Below are positions 1-11,583 of a DNA stretch of 41,449 nt, piece by piece (the stretch's first letter is position 1; each line of letters begins with the position of its first letter). A program made the translations under genes and the position numbers. A model generated the notes under the pieces. It was not told the DNA's origin, searched no databases, and saw only the letters and a program-made list of their open reading frames with translations. This stretch comes from Vermamoeba vermiformis (taxonomy: Eukaryota): positions 1 to 41,449 of the forward strand of contig JBEWZL010000281.1 of NCBI GenBank assembly GCA_045837725.1. The letters are read 5' to 3'.

Positions 1-400
1 GCCATCCTGTTCGCATCCATTTGTATTTCTTTTTTGAATCTGAGGGCTATTGGACCTTCATACTTTGCGAATCTATCGACCATTTCTGGCAGCGTTGTGG
101 AACGTGCAAAATAAATTGTAAACTCGTTGTAATTGATCAAATTGAACCAATAAGTGCTTGCTACTCGCATATATCGCCTGGATTTGTCGTCCAAGGACGA
201 GACGATTATTTCGTGAAGCTCTGGCGGGACATCTGGTAAATTGACACGGGTCCCTTTCTATTGATGTAAAAAATCAATATTATTGATGGGACGGATCGCG
301 CGCAGTGCTAATAATAAACTTTGATCGAGATGTTCCTTACCATATCTGAACGGCGCGGGGTAGTGAGCTTCGCCCGGGCTGGATGGGATAGATTTGACAT
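1..400 (-). CDS. F-box protein, 5' part (runs off the window start)
   Basis: ATG at 400, GT-AG intron 340-258. Spliced: MSNLSHPARAKLTTPRRSDM|KGTRVNLPDVPPELHEIIVSSLDDKSRRYMRVASTYWFNLI, an F-box-like pattern. Confidence 0.7.
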
Positions 401-450
401 TTTGCGACATTGATAAGCCAGTAATGTTGGTTAGCTGTTGTAAATACTTT

Positions 451-614
451 GCCATCCTGTTCGCATCCATTTGTATTTCTTTTTTGAATCTGAGGGCTAT
501 TGGACCTTCATACTTGGCGAATCTATCGACCATTTCTGGCAGCGTTGTGGAGCGTGCAAAATAAATTGTAAACTCGTTGTAATTGATCAAATTGAACCAA
601 TAAGTGCTTGCTAC
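451..614. repeat. Direct duplicate of 1-164 (coding fragment of the neighbouring F-box gene)
   Basis: 451-614 matches 1-164 with two substitutions seen (tactttgcga/tacttggcga, aacgtg/agcgtg); offset 450 bp. Confidence 0.95.
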
Positions 615-1093
615 GCGCCTTCTCTGCAAACGACGCCTATTATAATTTGCAATTTTTTTGCAATTGAACTTCGTGTGTTACAGCTTATTCCGAGTTTATT
701 TCTTTCCAGCGCAGATTTCGACAAATCTAACCTTGACTCCTTATTTAGCATTATTTACGTTAAAATAATACAATCTATAGTTGCACCGAAGGAAGTAAAC
801 CTAGGTGAATAAATATGCCGTGTTGTAGTTTTCGGTGTTTTTGATGATTTGAAAAAATATTTAACAACGGTTATATTTTTGTACACGCACCTGTTGACCA
901 CAATAATTTCGATCAGAATTAATTAATTAATTTATACGGCCGTATAGTACTTTGTAGTTAGGTAGGGAAGAGGGAACGGATGCCAAAATTTTTAACTCAA
1001 GATTTAGTTTTTTGACTTAATGATGACGCTTATTTGATTTGAAATTAGAATTATTATTATTAATTAATAATTGATGTTTTTTAGATTTTCAGA

Positions 1094-2470
1094 ATGAATC
1101 CGGTCGTCGTTATTGATCAAGACGGGATTGAAACGGCGCTTACCCAGGAGAAGGATTTTATTTTAGATCCTTATCTTGAAGAACTTGACCTTATTTGTTC
1201 TGTTCACAGTGGTCTTATAATGACTCTAAATGAAGCTAAATCCGTTGCAAAAAAACTCAAAAATCACAAAGCCCTCAAACAAATATTAATTAACGAGCAT
1301 TTATTATGCGATGAATCTGCCCGATGGATATGTGGATCATTAGCAACTATTAAGACCTTAGAAGCGGTTACGTTCATAAATACTTTTCAGAAACCAGATG
1401 CGATGAAATGGGTCGTGGAGCTGGTCAAGTCAATACCCAAATTAAAGTCACTAACAATTGCAGACCAAAGCGTATTTTCATATGCTAAAGCAAAAGACTT
1501 ATTTACAGCTTTGGAAAATTCCCGGCTGGCAGAGTTGAAAGTTTCAAGCAGTCAGCTGGGCGCGCACGAAGAAACAATAGACGCGCTAGCAAATTTCCTA
1601 AAAAGGAATAATTCACTGAAAGATTTTATCGTTGGAATATCAATGGGAGGCTTTGAAACGAGCGACGGCGGATGGGCTAAAATTTTTGATGGCGTTGCGG
1701 AAAACAAATCGATAACGAGGCTAAAATTACAAAATTTAAGTATCAAAGGAGAATTATCTATTAACAGCTTCCAACGGTGTTTAAGAATGCACAATAATTT
1801 GACCGAACTGGATTTACACTCGTGTTATTTGTCTGATACACATATAGCCCCGATTATCAAATCAATTATGGCAAATGACAGCATAGAATATTTAGATTTA
1901 ACTGGAAATCATATATCAGAGAAAAGCCATCAAATTCTAGCAAAATATTTGGAGCAAACGACTCGGCTGACCTTTTTAAATATTTCAAACGGAGAAAGTC
2001 GAGGAATAACGCAATATTTTTGGGAAGGCCTTAAAAAGAATACAACGCTTACAAAGTTGGTAATGTACAACGTAACAACTGAAGATTTCAAGTTTTCGGA
2101 AGCGCAACAAACTTTATGGATGCATCCGTCTATCTTCGCATTTGGGTGCACTGGCTTTTATATGGATAACCAACACCCTTTAACGCATAGATTAAACGAG
2201 AACAAAGAGAAAATTCGAAATCGTCGCAAAGAAGTGGCATTTATCGTTTTAATGCTAGCAAAAAATGCACGCAAATTTCCCGCCGAGATCTGGTCTTTAA
2301 TTCTCAGCCATATTACTGTACCTTCATTAAACAGGCTTGGTCGCGCCGATAAGCTCTTTGATTGCATTATCAGGAACTACAATGAAATTTCTCAACGGAT
2401 CGAACGAGGCGATTGGTTTAAAATCGTTCAACATAAAGATGGGAGGTTTAGCTTTGAAGAAATAAAATAG
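1094..2470 (+). CDS. RNI-like leucine-rich repeat protein with C-terminal F-box-like motif
   Basis: 458-aa ORF with RNI-type repeats (NNLTELDLHSCYL, NDSIEYLDLTGNHI, NTTLTKLVM) and FPAEIWSLILSHI near the C-terminus. An acceptor-like ttttcag precedes the ATG. Confidence 0.85.
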   Translation: MNPVVVIDQDGIETALTQEKDFILDPYLEELDLICSVHSGLIMTLNEAKSVAKKLKNHKALKQILINEHLLCDESARWICGSLATIKTLEAVTFINTFQKPDAMKWVVELVKSIPKLKSLTIADQSVFSYAKAKDLFTALENSRLAELKVSSSQLGAHEETIDALANFLKRNNSLKDFIVGISMGGFETSDGGWAKIFDGVAENKSITRLKLQNLSIKGELSINSFQRCLRMHNNLTELDLHSCYLSDTHIAPIIKSIMANDSIEYLDLTGNHISEKSHQILAKYLEQTTRLTFLNISNGESRGITQYFWEGLKKNTTLTKLVMYNVTTEDFKFSEAQQTLWMHPSIFAFGCTGFYMDNQHPLTHRLNENKEKIRNRRKEVAFIVLMLAKNARKFPAEIWSLILSHITVPSLNRLGRADKLFDCIIRNYNEISQRIERGDWFKIVQHKDGRFSFEEIK

Positions 2471-2578
2471 TTTACGTATACAATTCTCATTAAATCTCTT
2501 TCGTATCAAAAACAATAGCGGACGGTATTTGGGTCCGGATCAAATGTGAATTGGTTTATGCTTTGAGGCGTCACCAAA

Positions 2579-5174
2579 ATGTCACCTTTTAACTTGACTC
2601 GACAAAGAATGGCCCACAGCGCTCGTATTCGCAATATTTTTGATTTGCATATTCCTATCAGCGGCCCTCCGAATCTTGAAGCCGTACCTTTGCTCGGAAC
2701 TAACTTCGGATTTGCTTTGGCCGAGAAAAACACCGCTGATAGTACCCTTCAATATCATATTCAACTAGTTTTTAAGCAGTCATATACGGATGACGATATT
2801 TCGTTGCCTAATTGCTTCGTCTGGGCGAAGAGAAATCCAATTCGATTTCAACGGTCGGATGAAACGCAAGAAGTCGAAGGAATTACAGTTAGAATTAAAT
2901 TACCGCCAAGAGTGTTTGATTTTAGAAAATACAGATCCCAGCAAACACGAATCCAAGTGAACGAAATAAAAAATGGCCAGATCATCAAACAAGCATTCAG
3001 CAACGTCGTCCAAATATTACCAAAAAATCGAAATGGAGGAACAGAATCAACTAGTAAGTGATTTGCAATTTTCCGGAATTATTTAAGATTTACTGCATCC
3101 AAGTTTGGATTCAATTGAACACCCTGCAACGGGCACTAACCATTTATTTTACCAGCTATTATACCCGTTTTTTGGGTCGCAGAAGTAGTATCAACATCAC
3201 CGCTTAGTCAACTGTCACCGAATGCTTCTTATGTTGCCGAAAGTCCGGATGAGCTGTCCTCGCCATACTTAGAAAATGGCTATAACCAATCAAATTATAA
3301 TCAACCAATCTATAATACCAATGCTCCTATTGAAGTGTACTCTGAGGAAGAACAGCCTACTGAGTACCCGATGCAGGCCGCGTACGTTTTACTGGATCGC
3401 ATTGCTCTTTCGGCTTATAATAACTGTTCATTTATAGCGGGACGGAAATGCAATATTTGGGCATGAATACTAACGGAGAGCAGTATATGGTCCTTTACAA
3501 CGGCAATGCAGAAGTGATCGGCAACTTCAGAGCACTCAACTTCTACAAATCCTCGGACATTAACATCAAAGAGGACATTCGATTATTAACTGAAGGTAAG
3601 TACGAGGTGTCGGCTACGTACGCTATGAAGTACTGTCGTGCCTATAAATCTTTGTGTGACTTCCGCGGATCGCGTGTAAAGTGAACTGACACACGTACTT
3701 TAGATTACGATTGCCGCGATACACTTCTTCAAATCGACGGTGTGAAGTACAAGTTCAAGCAAGGTGTGCATCCAGACACGAACAGACGATTTGTTGGCTA
3801 CATTGCACAACAAGTGGAGAGTGTTGTGCCCGAGGCAGTTCAGCTCATTGATGGTACGTACTAAGATATCAAATATGATCTTATTGCTTATAAAACTAAT
3901 GACGGTGTTACTTAGGTGTCCTGCACGTTGACTATGAATCGCTGATTCCATATCTGAGCGAGTCTATTCGTGCCAATTTCACCGACATCAATGATCTTCG
4001 TTCAAAGACAGAACGCATTCAAAAGACTATCGACGACATGTACGACCAATTTATTCGCAAGGACAGTGCCACGAAGTCAACTACACCTCCACCCATGCAC
4101 AGTCATATCCACCAAAGCGGATCTCGAACGAAAAAGTTCTTGCTTCTAGGTGTCATTTCAGTGACTGTACTGGTCGCTATAATCACAGCTCTGGCGTTTG
4201 CTGGAGTTATTCCGCTCTTCAGTGGCGCACTTGGAGATGGACCTAACCCAGACTCTTCGGGCAACGCTGCGAACGAAAAATTTCCACCAGAGTTCATCGT
4301 CGCTTTGAAAGACTTATACACCGCAACGAATGGTGACACGTGGTTGTTTAGGAGGAATTGGCTCGACGAACGTGTCTCGATTTGTAAATGGTTCGGCGTG
4401 GACTGTCACGAAGAAGCTCATTGGCTGAACGAGACTTTTCCCGACGTAATGTTAACGGAGATTTACATCGATTTGAGTTACAACAACTTGACTGGCACAT
4501 TGCCGTCGTCACTTTACAAAATCACGTGGCTTCAGAGGCTCGAACTGCAAAACAACTTTTTGACGGGAACGATCCCAGAGGAGTTTTCGAAGATTGAAAA
4601 GCTGAAAGTGCTAAAATTAGCGAGCAATAATCTCACGGGTACATTGCCAAATATAGCAAAATATCCGGCACTTCAGGAGATAGATCTTACGAAGAACAAT
4701 TTCTACGGCACAATTCCAGGAGATTTTCTCAACAGTGAAATCAACAATGTTTTCTTGGCACATAATCAACTTGAAGGAACAATTCCTGACGATGGCAAGG
4801 CATTTCTCGTCAAACTGGATCTGAGCAACAACAAACTCAACGGAACACTTCCGTTCCTCGGCCTAAACCTCGAGTACATTAACCTTTCAAATAATATGCT
4901 TGCCGGCGATGTTATGTCTGCCACGAGATCGAGGAGTTTGATGTACCTAAATTTGGCAAATAATACGTTCAACGGACACTTCAGCATTCCGCGCTATCAA
5001 CTCACCAAAGTAGTGCTACTAGACATTTCAAACAACCGATTCACTTCGTGGCGTGACGTCTTCAATCATTATCCTGACAGCTTGGTCTATTGCGATGCTC
5101 GGAACAACGAGTTTGAGTGTCCGTTTGGATCAACTTGGATGGAAAATACTTGCCGTGCTCAGTGTAAAGATTAG
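2579..5174 (+). CDS. MYRF/MrfA-like protein: putative DNA-binding domain, peptidase S74 (ICA), coiled coil, TM helix, LRR ectodomain
   Basis: Phase-compatible exons 2579-3053, 3156-3381, 3438-3595, 3704-3853, 3916-5174. ICA motifs GNAEVIGNFRALNFYKSSDINIKEDI, GYIAQQVESVVPEAV, VDYESLIPYLSESI. TM FLLLGVISVTVLVAIITALAFAGVI. LRR N-cap ICKWFGVDC and LxxNxLxGxIP repeats. Confidence 0.88.
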
Positions 5175-5369
5175 CTTTTGTTGTACCTCATTAATTGTTT
5201 ATATTAATGGTAATATGTAAATACATTTTTAATGTTTGTTCTCAAATTATTGTTTATAGCGTCGTGAAAAAAAACTGCGGCGAGATTTTGGGTTTGTGGG
5301 GATCGGTTGCAATTTATTCTATTTTTTAAAGCTAACCATTAATGACAACAAAAGAACATAATCAAGACT

Positions 5370-7787
5370 ATGCTTAAAGTTTTAGAGGTGCCCCGAAGGC
5401 TATCATTATTGGTTGATCTCCCGAACGAGGTATATATTTGCTCTATAACAAGATTTCTAGCTGATTAATAACTTATAGAATACAAAATCATATTTTATTT
5501 ATCTAATTTTTTTCTATGGCAATTCAAATTTACAATTTAATTTTCCGATCTAGATCTTGGTAGAAATACTCGACAATCTGGAAAGACGTGACTTAAATAA
5601 ATTAGTGCGAGTAAATAAACGGTATCATGGACTAGCCCAATATATTCTCGAGCACCGAAAGAAGATCCGGCTTTGTGGCGACCACTCACGCGTTCTAGTC
5701 TTATCACTTCCGTCTAAATATAGTAAATATTTTTAAATTATTGTTAATATTACTAACATTTATTATCAGATTCAATTTCGTTAACTACGACGGTTTCGAG
5801 TAAGAATTAAATTTTCAATAAATACTAACCTAGTTCAAATGTACTAATGACGGAGATAATAGGATCTGCGGTCGTATCTTCAACGCTTTTCAGTGAAGCG
5901 CCGACGACCGAAATAAATCCAACCGGTCGTACGAGGAAAAACGTTGTGCAAATTACACCTTTCAAAAATCATATTCCATCGCTTGTCGCGAAAGATAGAA
6001 AGGTGTCATTGATTGAAGCACCAACAGCGAACAATTTGCGAGTGAGATTATACACTTTGGCAGTTAAGGTACGTATCTTGATCCGGATCTCTTTTTGCAT
6101 CGGTAGATCAACGTCTTTCTAGTTCATTTTTATGATTTCAACGAGTAACTATTATATCGTTTTTTTAGGCGGATTTGTGTTTGTTGATTGTGGATCCGGA
6201 AGAAATCGACGCGTACGCAGAAGATATTAAAGAAATGATCTTTGGCTGTTGTTTCATGATGAGTGCTCGTAATATCATCGTTGCTATTGATTTGTCAAAT
6301 GTGACTGCAAAAGAATCAAGCGGGTTGTGCAACGGTAAGTTTTTTTGCTTGACACGTGTCAAACTAATTTATGACACTTTGACACCGGATGCAGTTTGCG
6401 TCTAGATCTTTCAACAAAAGATGTTGTGCTAGCACTGACATGCTTAAATATATTAGCTTTCAATCAGGCAAAGCTCAAAATATCAAAGCTACTGAACAAA
6501 ACAGTTGGCACGTGCTACACAATTATTCCGATAAATGTCCGAACAGGCACCAACATCACTGCAAACATCACGCCAAAGTACGAGTGGTTCAGCGGTGCTT
6601 CACTGAAAAAGCTCATTCTTGACGATCAGTTGCGAACTAACTTTGACTCATCGTCGTACAAAAAACTTTGTGAAGCCCCTTTGCGCCTTCAACTCACCAA
6701 CGCCGATAAGATCGCTGGCATAGGCACTGTTATTGAAGGTCGCGTCATCAGTACGTAATTGCAAAATTTGTAAAGTTCGGAGAAATAATAGTAATTACGT
6801 TGTCATTTACTTAGGTGGCACTTTGACTCCAAACAGCACGATCGGCATTCATCCAGATGGAATTCGAACTCTAGCTAAATCGATTGAATCATATTGCACG
6901 CCGCTTGAAACAGCCTATCCAGGTAAAAAATTTTCCGGATCTTGTTTGAACTCAACTTAAATTGATTATTCAGGCGATATTATTGGCATTAATATTAAGA
7001 ACGTTTCGTTATTTGATTTGTATCCCAAATGCAGCTACTTAATCAAACCTACGGAAACGCCTATGGTGAATTGTACCATAGCTTTTCGAGCCCAAATTGT
7101 CGTTATGAAATCCGATAGATTAGTGCAACATCAAACCTATAATATATTCTACGGTTCATCTCGTATTCCGTGCATCTTATGGTGGATTTTTCCCGAGTTG
7201 GATGAAGACGGAGAAATTTCAGCGAAGACAACAACGACTAGAAAGTTCAAAGTCGAGAAGCCGAAGAAAAAAGAATATAGGCACAATAAACAAGGGTATA
7301 AAATGAAGCTGATGGAATACAAGCAGCAAGTCAAAGAGATGAAGTTGAAATTTCAAGCGAAAAGTTCGGAACGACCTCCGAGAAAACATAGCAGAAAAGT
7401 TACAGCGATATTATTACCGTTGATTCATTATGACATAGAGCCATACAAACCAAGTGAATTTGAAAAGAACTATAGCGGCAAACTGATGATCATAGAAAAG
7501 AGAACAATCATCGGTGTTGGTCGCGTGGATCGCGTGATATGTAACTCCGCTAAAACTTTTCAAATTTCCTATATATGGAGAAGAGGTAACTAAGCTCGGC
7601 ACCTACTATTTACTCGTACAATATTAACGCTATTGAATTAATAGATCATTCGAAACAGTACGATGAAGTGGTCTCCAAAGCGGCGTCACTTTTTACACTC
7701 CCAAAAGAACAGACACTTCACGAGCTGTTTTTAGACCACGTGATCAATAACGAACATGCCAAGAATACTATTAAAAAGTCAAAGTGA
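5370..7787 (+). CDS. F-box protein fused to a degenerate eEF1A-like (domains I-III) fold
   Basis: Spliced F-box LVDLPNE|ILVEILDNLERRDLNKLVRVNKRY. eEF1A-like motifs PLRLQLTNADKIAGIGTVIEGRVISGTL, AYPGDIIGINIKNVS, FRAQIVV, GKLMIIEKRTIIGVGRV. Stop at 7785-7787. Confidence 0.82.
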
Positions 7788-8054
7788 TGGTTACTGGCTC
7801 AACGATACTTTTACTTTTGGATGCAAAGGGTCAAACTTTTTCAAGGAAGAATTAAAACTTGCTCTTTGTCCTTATTAAATTTCAAATGAACAATCAACGT
7901 TAACTGAACCGATTAGTGCTAATCTTTGCTGCTCAGCAATTAGATCTGAAGCCGATAGTTCGGTCAATGCTGTCAGCTTGAATAAGCCACACAACTGTTT
8001 ATTCTACAACTAAGTTACAATGAATCGCTAAGGAATTGAAATTTCTGGTCAGTT

Positions 8055-11000
8055 TTACTCGTCGTCATCGGCATTTTTATCAAAAGAGAGTTCCTCGAGT
8101 CCGATTGGCTCGACAAATTCCCATCCCTTTGTCTCTTCGTTAAATCGTTCATATACGAGCATAACTTTGCGAAGACGATTCCATGTAATATCACTACATA
8201 AATATCACAATTAATATTTTAGAAAAAAGTTTGGATCGTGGATTCGGATGCGGTACTTACAACCTGCCTACTGCGTCTATCGGATAGGGATAATTGCTTA
8301 GAGTCATTTGAAAAGTATTTCTAACTTCGCTTTCAGTCCTCCACGCGGACAAATACAGCGACAAATCCTTCCAATCGATCGATCGCCATTGGTCCCAGTC
8401 ATCGCGGTCATTGCCGTGACTTCCAATGCCTGTAATGCGATATTGCTGCCCAGTCTTGGTTTTACTGTAATTAAACAATTAATACATGTTGTTTTGAGCC
8501 CGTCAAGATAAGATCCAGATCTAATTCTGATCTTGCTATGTTACTTTTGAATAATTGTTATTACAATTGTCATAAAATTGATTATTATTTGCATGTTATG
8601 TGCATAATGTTATAAGAGACAGACAAAATAGTATACACAGTAACAACATAGTACCAAAATTTCTATAGAATTTGGACAAATTTTCTCGAGAAAAGTAATT
8701 TAAAAGGACGCTAATGCCCATATACGTACCCAAAGAATGTGACGTGTTGAATGCAAGGCAATCCTACGCCAAGTTTCCCTGCCACGTACTTCGCGAGCGA
8801 TGTTGCGGGGACCCAGATCTTGGTCACTTCTGATGAGTTGACTTCAGTGTAAATCAATGGAATTTGCTTGTAGATCATTGGGGATGCGAAGTCGTATACG
8901 GTTAGGTTACTATAAGAAGTTTGAATGATATTAGAAAACCGATCCAACGGGTCAGATCCACTAACTCGAGAGGGAAAAAAAAGATAAAATTGAAATGTCG
9001 TTTGATCATTATAATGATATTACTATTATTTAATATATTATGATATTGTAGTACTTTTTTTAAGTACCTGCAATCGGTAACGATTTTTCCGTTCGGCGCC
9101 AAATGGATCTCACAAATTCTCGGATCTTCTGCGTCAGTATTGTTATAGAAGGTCTGAATTAATTCACCAGTATGCTTATCGAACACTGCATAGAACGTTG
9201 ATTGCGTGCCCATGGCTACTACTAACTTGGATTTATCGAACGCAAATCCTCGAAGCTTTGAAAAAGAATTCAAATTAATTCTCTAATTTCGTATAAAATA
9301 TATATTTTTATGTAAAATTTATACTTAATATTACTTGTAATTTTAAGTATAAATATAATGTTGTTATTTACCCCGTATTCGTAGTAACCTCCCGTGTCCG
9401 TATCAAGATTTGGTGGTTCTAGCTTCGCTTTGACGTCAATCTGCGACACTTGTTGCAACGACGGCCAGTCATAAAATGTAATTACACCTGTTTTACTCGC
9501 TAGACCAAGCTAAATATGCCAAAAAATTAGCCACGTAAGAACCCGTTTGCAATTTCTCTATTTTATCACCATAAACAATCATAAGTTTCAATTATTTTAA
9601 GCTAACCGTAGTATCGTAAATAAATTATTATCCATATTTGGTAAAATCGCACTTTGATGAAATTTGAGGGCGGGATCTGAGCAAATTTTTATAGGGCCAA
9701 TGAATGTACTAACTAAATTACACTTACCGTATGACTATCTTTGCAATAATAAATGCATTTGGTATCAGCGGGGTCCAATGGCATTCGTTCATTGGTATAA
9801 ATGTTCGCGAAAAACAGTCCGTCGGGAAAAGCCGCTATTACGGTATCACCCTAAAAAGGAAAAAATGTCAATAGATTACCTAATAAGGAAAATATAACTT
9901 TAACTTACTAAAAAGGCTATTATTTGATCAGCCTCGAATTTAGGCTCGGCAATGATATCTCCGGTTCGCAGATCCACCACTTCACCGTGACGCGTATAGC
10001 CTTCCATGTGGTAATTTCTTAAATTAATGATTATTATTGTTATTATGACAACTGCAGTATCTATACTTACTGACGGAACTCATTTACCGTCAATACTGTT
10101 GGACTTCCGTCTTTATTGACAAAAAGTCGATATTGAGTTCGGCGCCAATATTCCGTTGCTGGTGGCGGCTCAAATTTTCGTTCTATATTTGGTAAAATTA
10201 GAAAAAGTATACAAAAGTATAAAAATTTTCACTGAAAATACTTACTTATCGTACGTGTCGTAGTGCCATCTTCAACTTCATATTCTTTCCAATCAAAGTC
10301 TTCATAGTCATTTCTAATCAACGTTCTAATTTTGAATCCGTTGGCAAATATTGTGCCGTATTGAATTGCCACGCGATTCATCGTTTCGAGATCTAATTCG
10401 TACGCTGCTTCGAAGAACTTTGAATCCGAATAGGACCTGAGTTATTATGTAAATATTACTATGAAATATCAGGTGGATAATGTAGGAAAAAAGTTGGTAA
10501 AACCCATCCGAGATCCAGATCCAATTTTAGCTTAATTCTAGAAACGGTCGAAACGAGCAAATTTGCAGGAAAGAAAATGAAATTTCGCAAAGTTACTTAC
10601 GTTATGTGAATATGATGATTGTTAAAGATGACTTTGTTGCCCTCAAAACTAGCGACGTATGAAAATGTGTCCCATTTTGGATAATGAAATGACGATAGAG
10701 CTTCAGCCCACCAACTGCAGATAAGAATATTAATAAGAATATATTATTATCGAAATAGAGACATTTACAAACCTTCCTTTGGCTAAATTTTGATCCATCA
10801 ATGTTCGACGATAAAAATTTACTTTCCAATTATCTTCTAACGATTCTAATGTTCCGTATCGTGATATATACATAATCTATATAAAAAATAATGGCTTAAT
10901 ATAATTTACAAGTCAAAGCATTCCGAATGTAACTTACTCTAAAGACATCTCGTATTGATTCATACCAAAGTTTACAAGATTGCGAAGAACGCACGCAAGT

Positions 11001-11311
11001 TGCAAAATCAGCGTATTTAAGAACAAGTACTATGATTTCAGGTGGAAAGTAGCCGTTTGGACGAACAACGGATTCGTCATCTAACGAAATCTGCGCCTAA
11101 ATGAATTGAAAAATTATAATTAAGTTGTTAAGCTAATATAAAATAAGATGTATATACGTAAATAGACCTTTTATGACAATTAATAAATTTGTTGGTTTTT
11201 AAAATTTCCGATCAAGACATCTGAACGTTGCGTTACCTCTGTAAAGCTAGGAACTTTAACGGCGTCATTTTTTTGTGAAGCTTCAGCATTGATAACTTGT
11301 TTTTGCCCCAT
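8055..11311 (-). CDS. Multi-exon F-box protein with beta-rich (possibly propeller) region, paralog A
   Basis: Starts MGQKQVINAE; F-box PNGYFPPEIIVLVLKYADFATCVRSSQSCKLWYES. Exons parallel those of 16206-19080; ends EPIGLEELSFDKNADDDE*. Confidence 0.8.
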
Positions 11312-11583
11312 TTCAGTTGTTGATTGAGGCCTTGATTGAAAATAAAATGAAAAAAACGGTCTTGCTCTTTGATTACCGTTTGCTCAAAGAAAACCACAAT
11401 TAATTAATGCCTCTTCTTCCTGTAAAACAGTAGATAGAATGTATTAACGAAGAAGGCACGACGGAAGCTCCAGGGTAACAACGAAAGACTTAGTTCAACC
11501 GGTAAGATTTGCTTTTGAGTTATTTCTGTTATTAGATTCGTTAGTTACTATAATAATTACAATATTTATTTAATTTTACAGAT

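Noticed and set aside
4038-5174. Stand-alone LRR protein as given by the ORF track
   Set aside because: The frame is open upstream to the acceptor at 3915 and continues the S74 domain.
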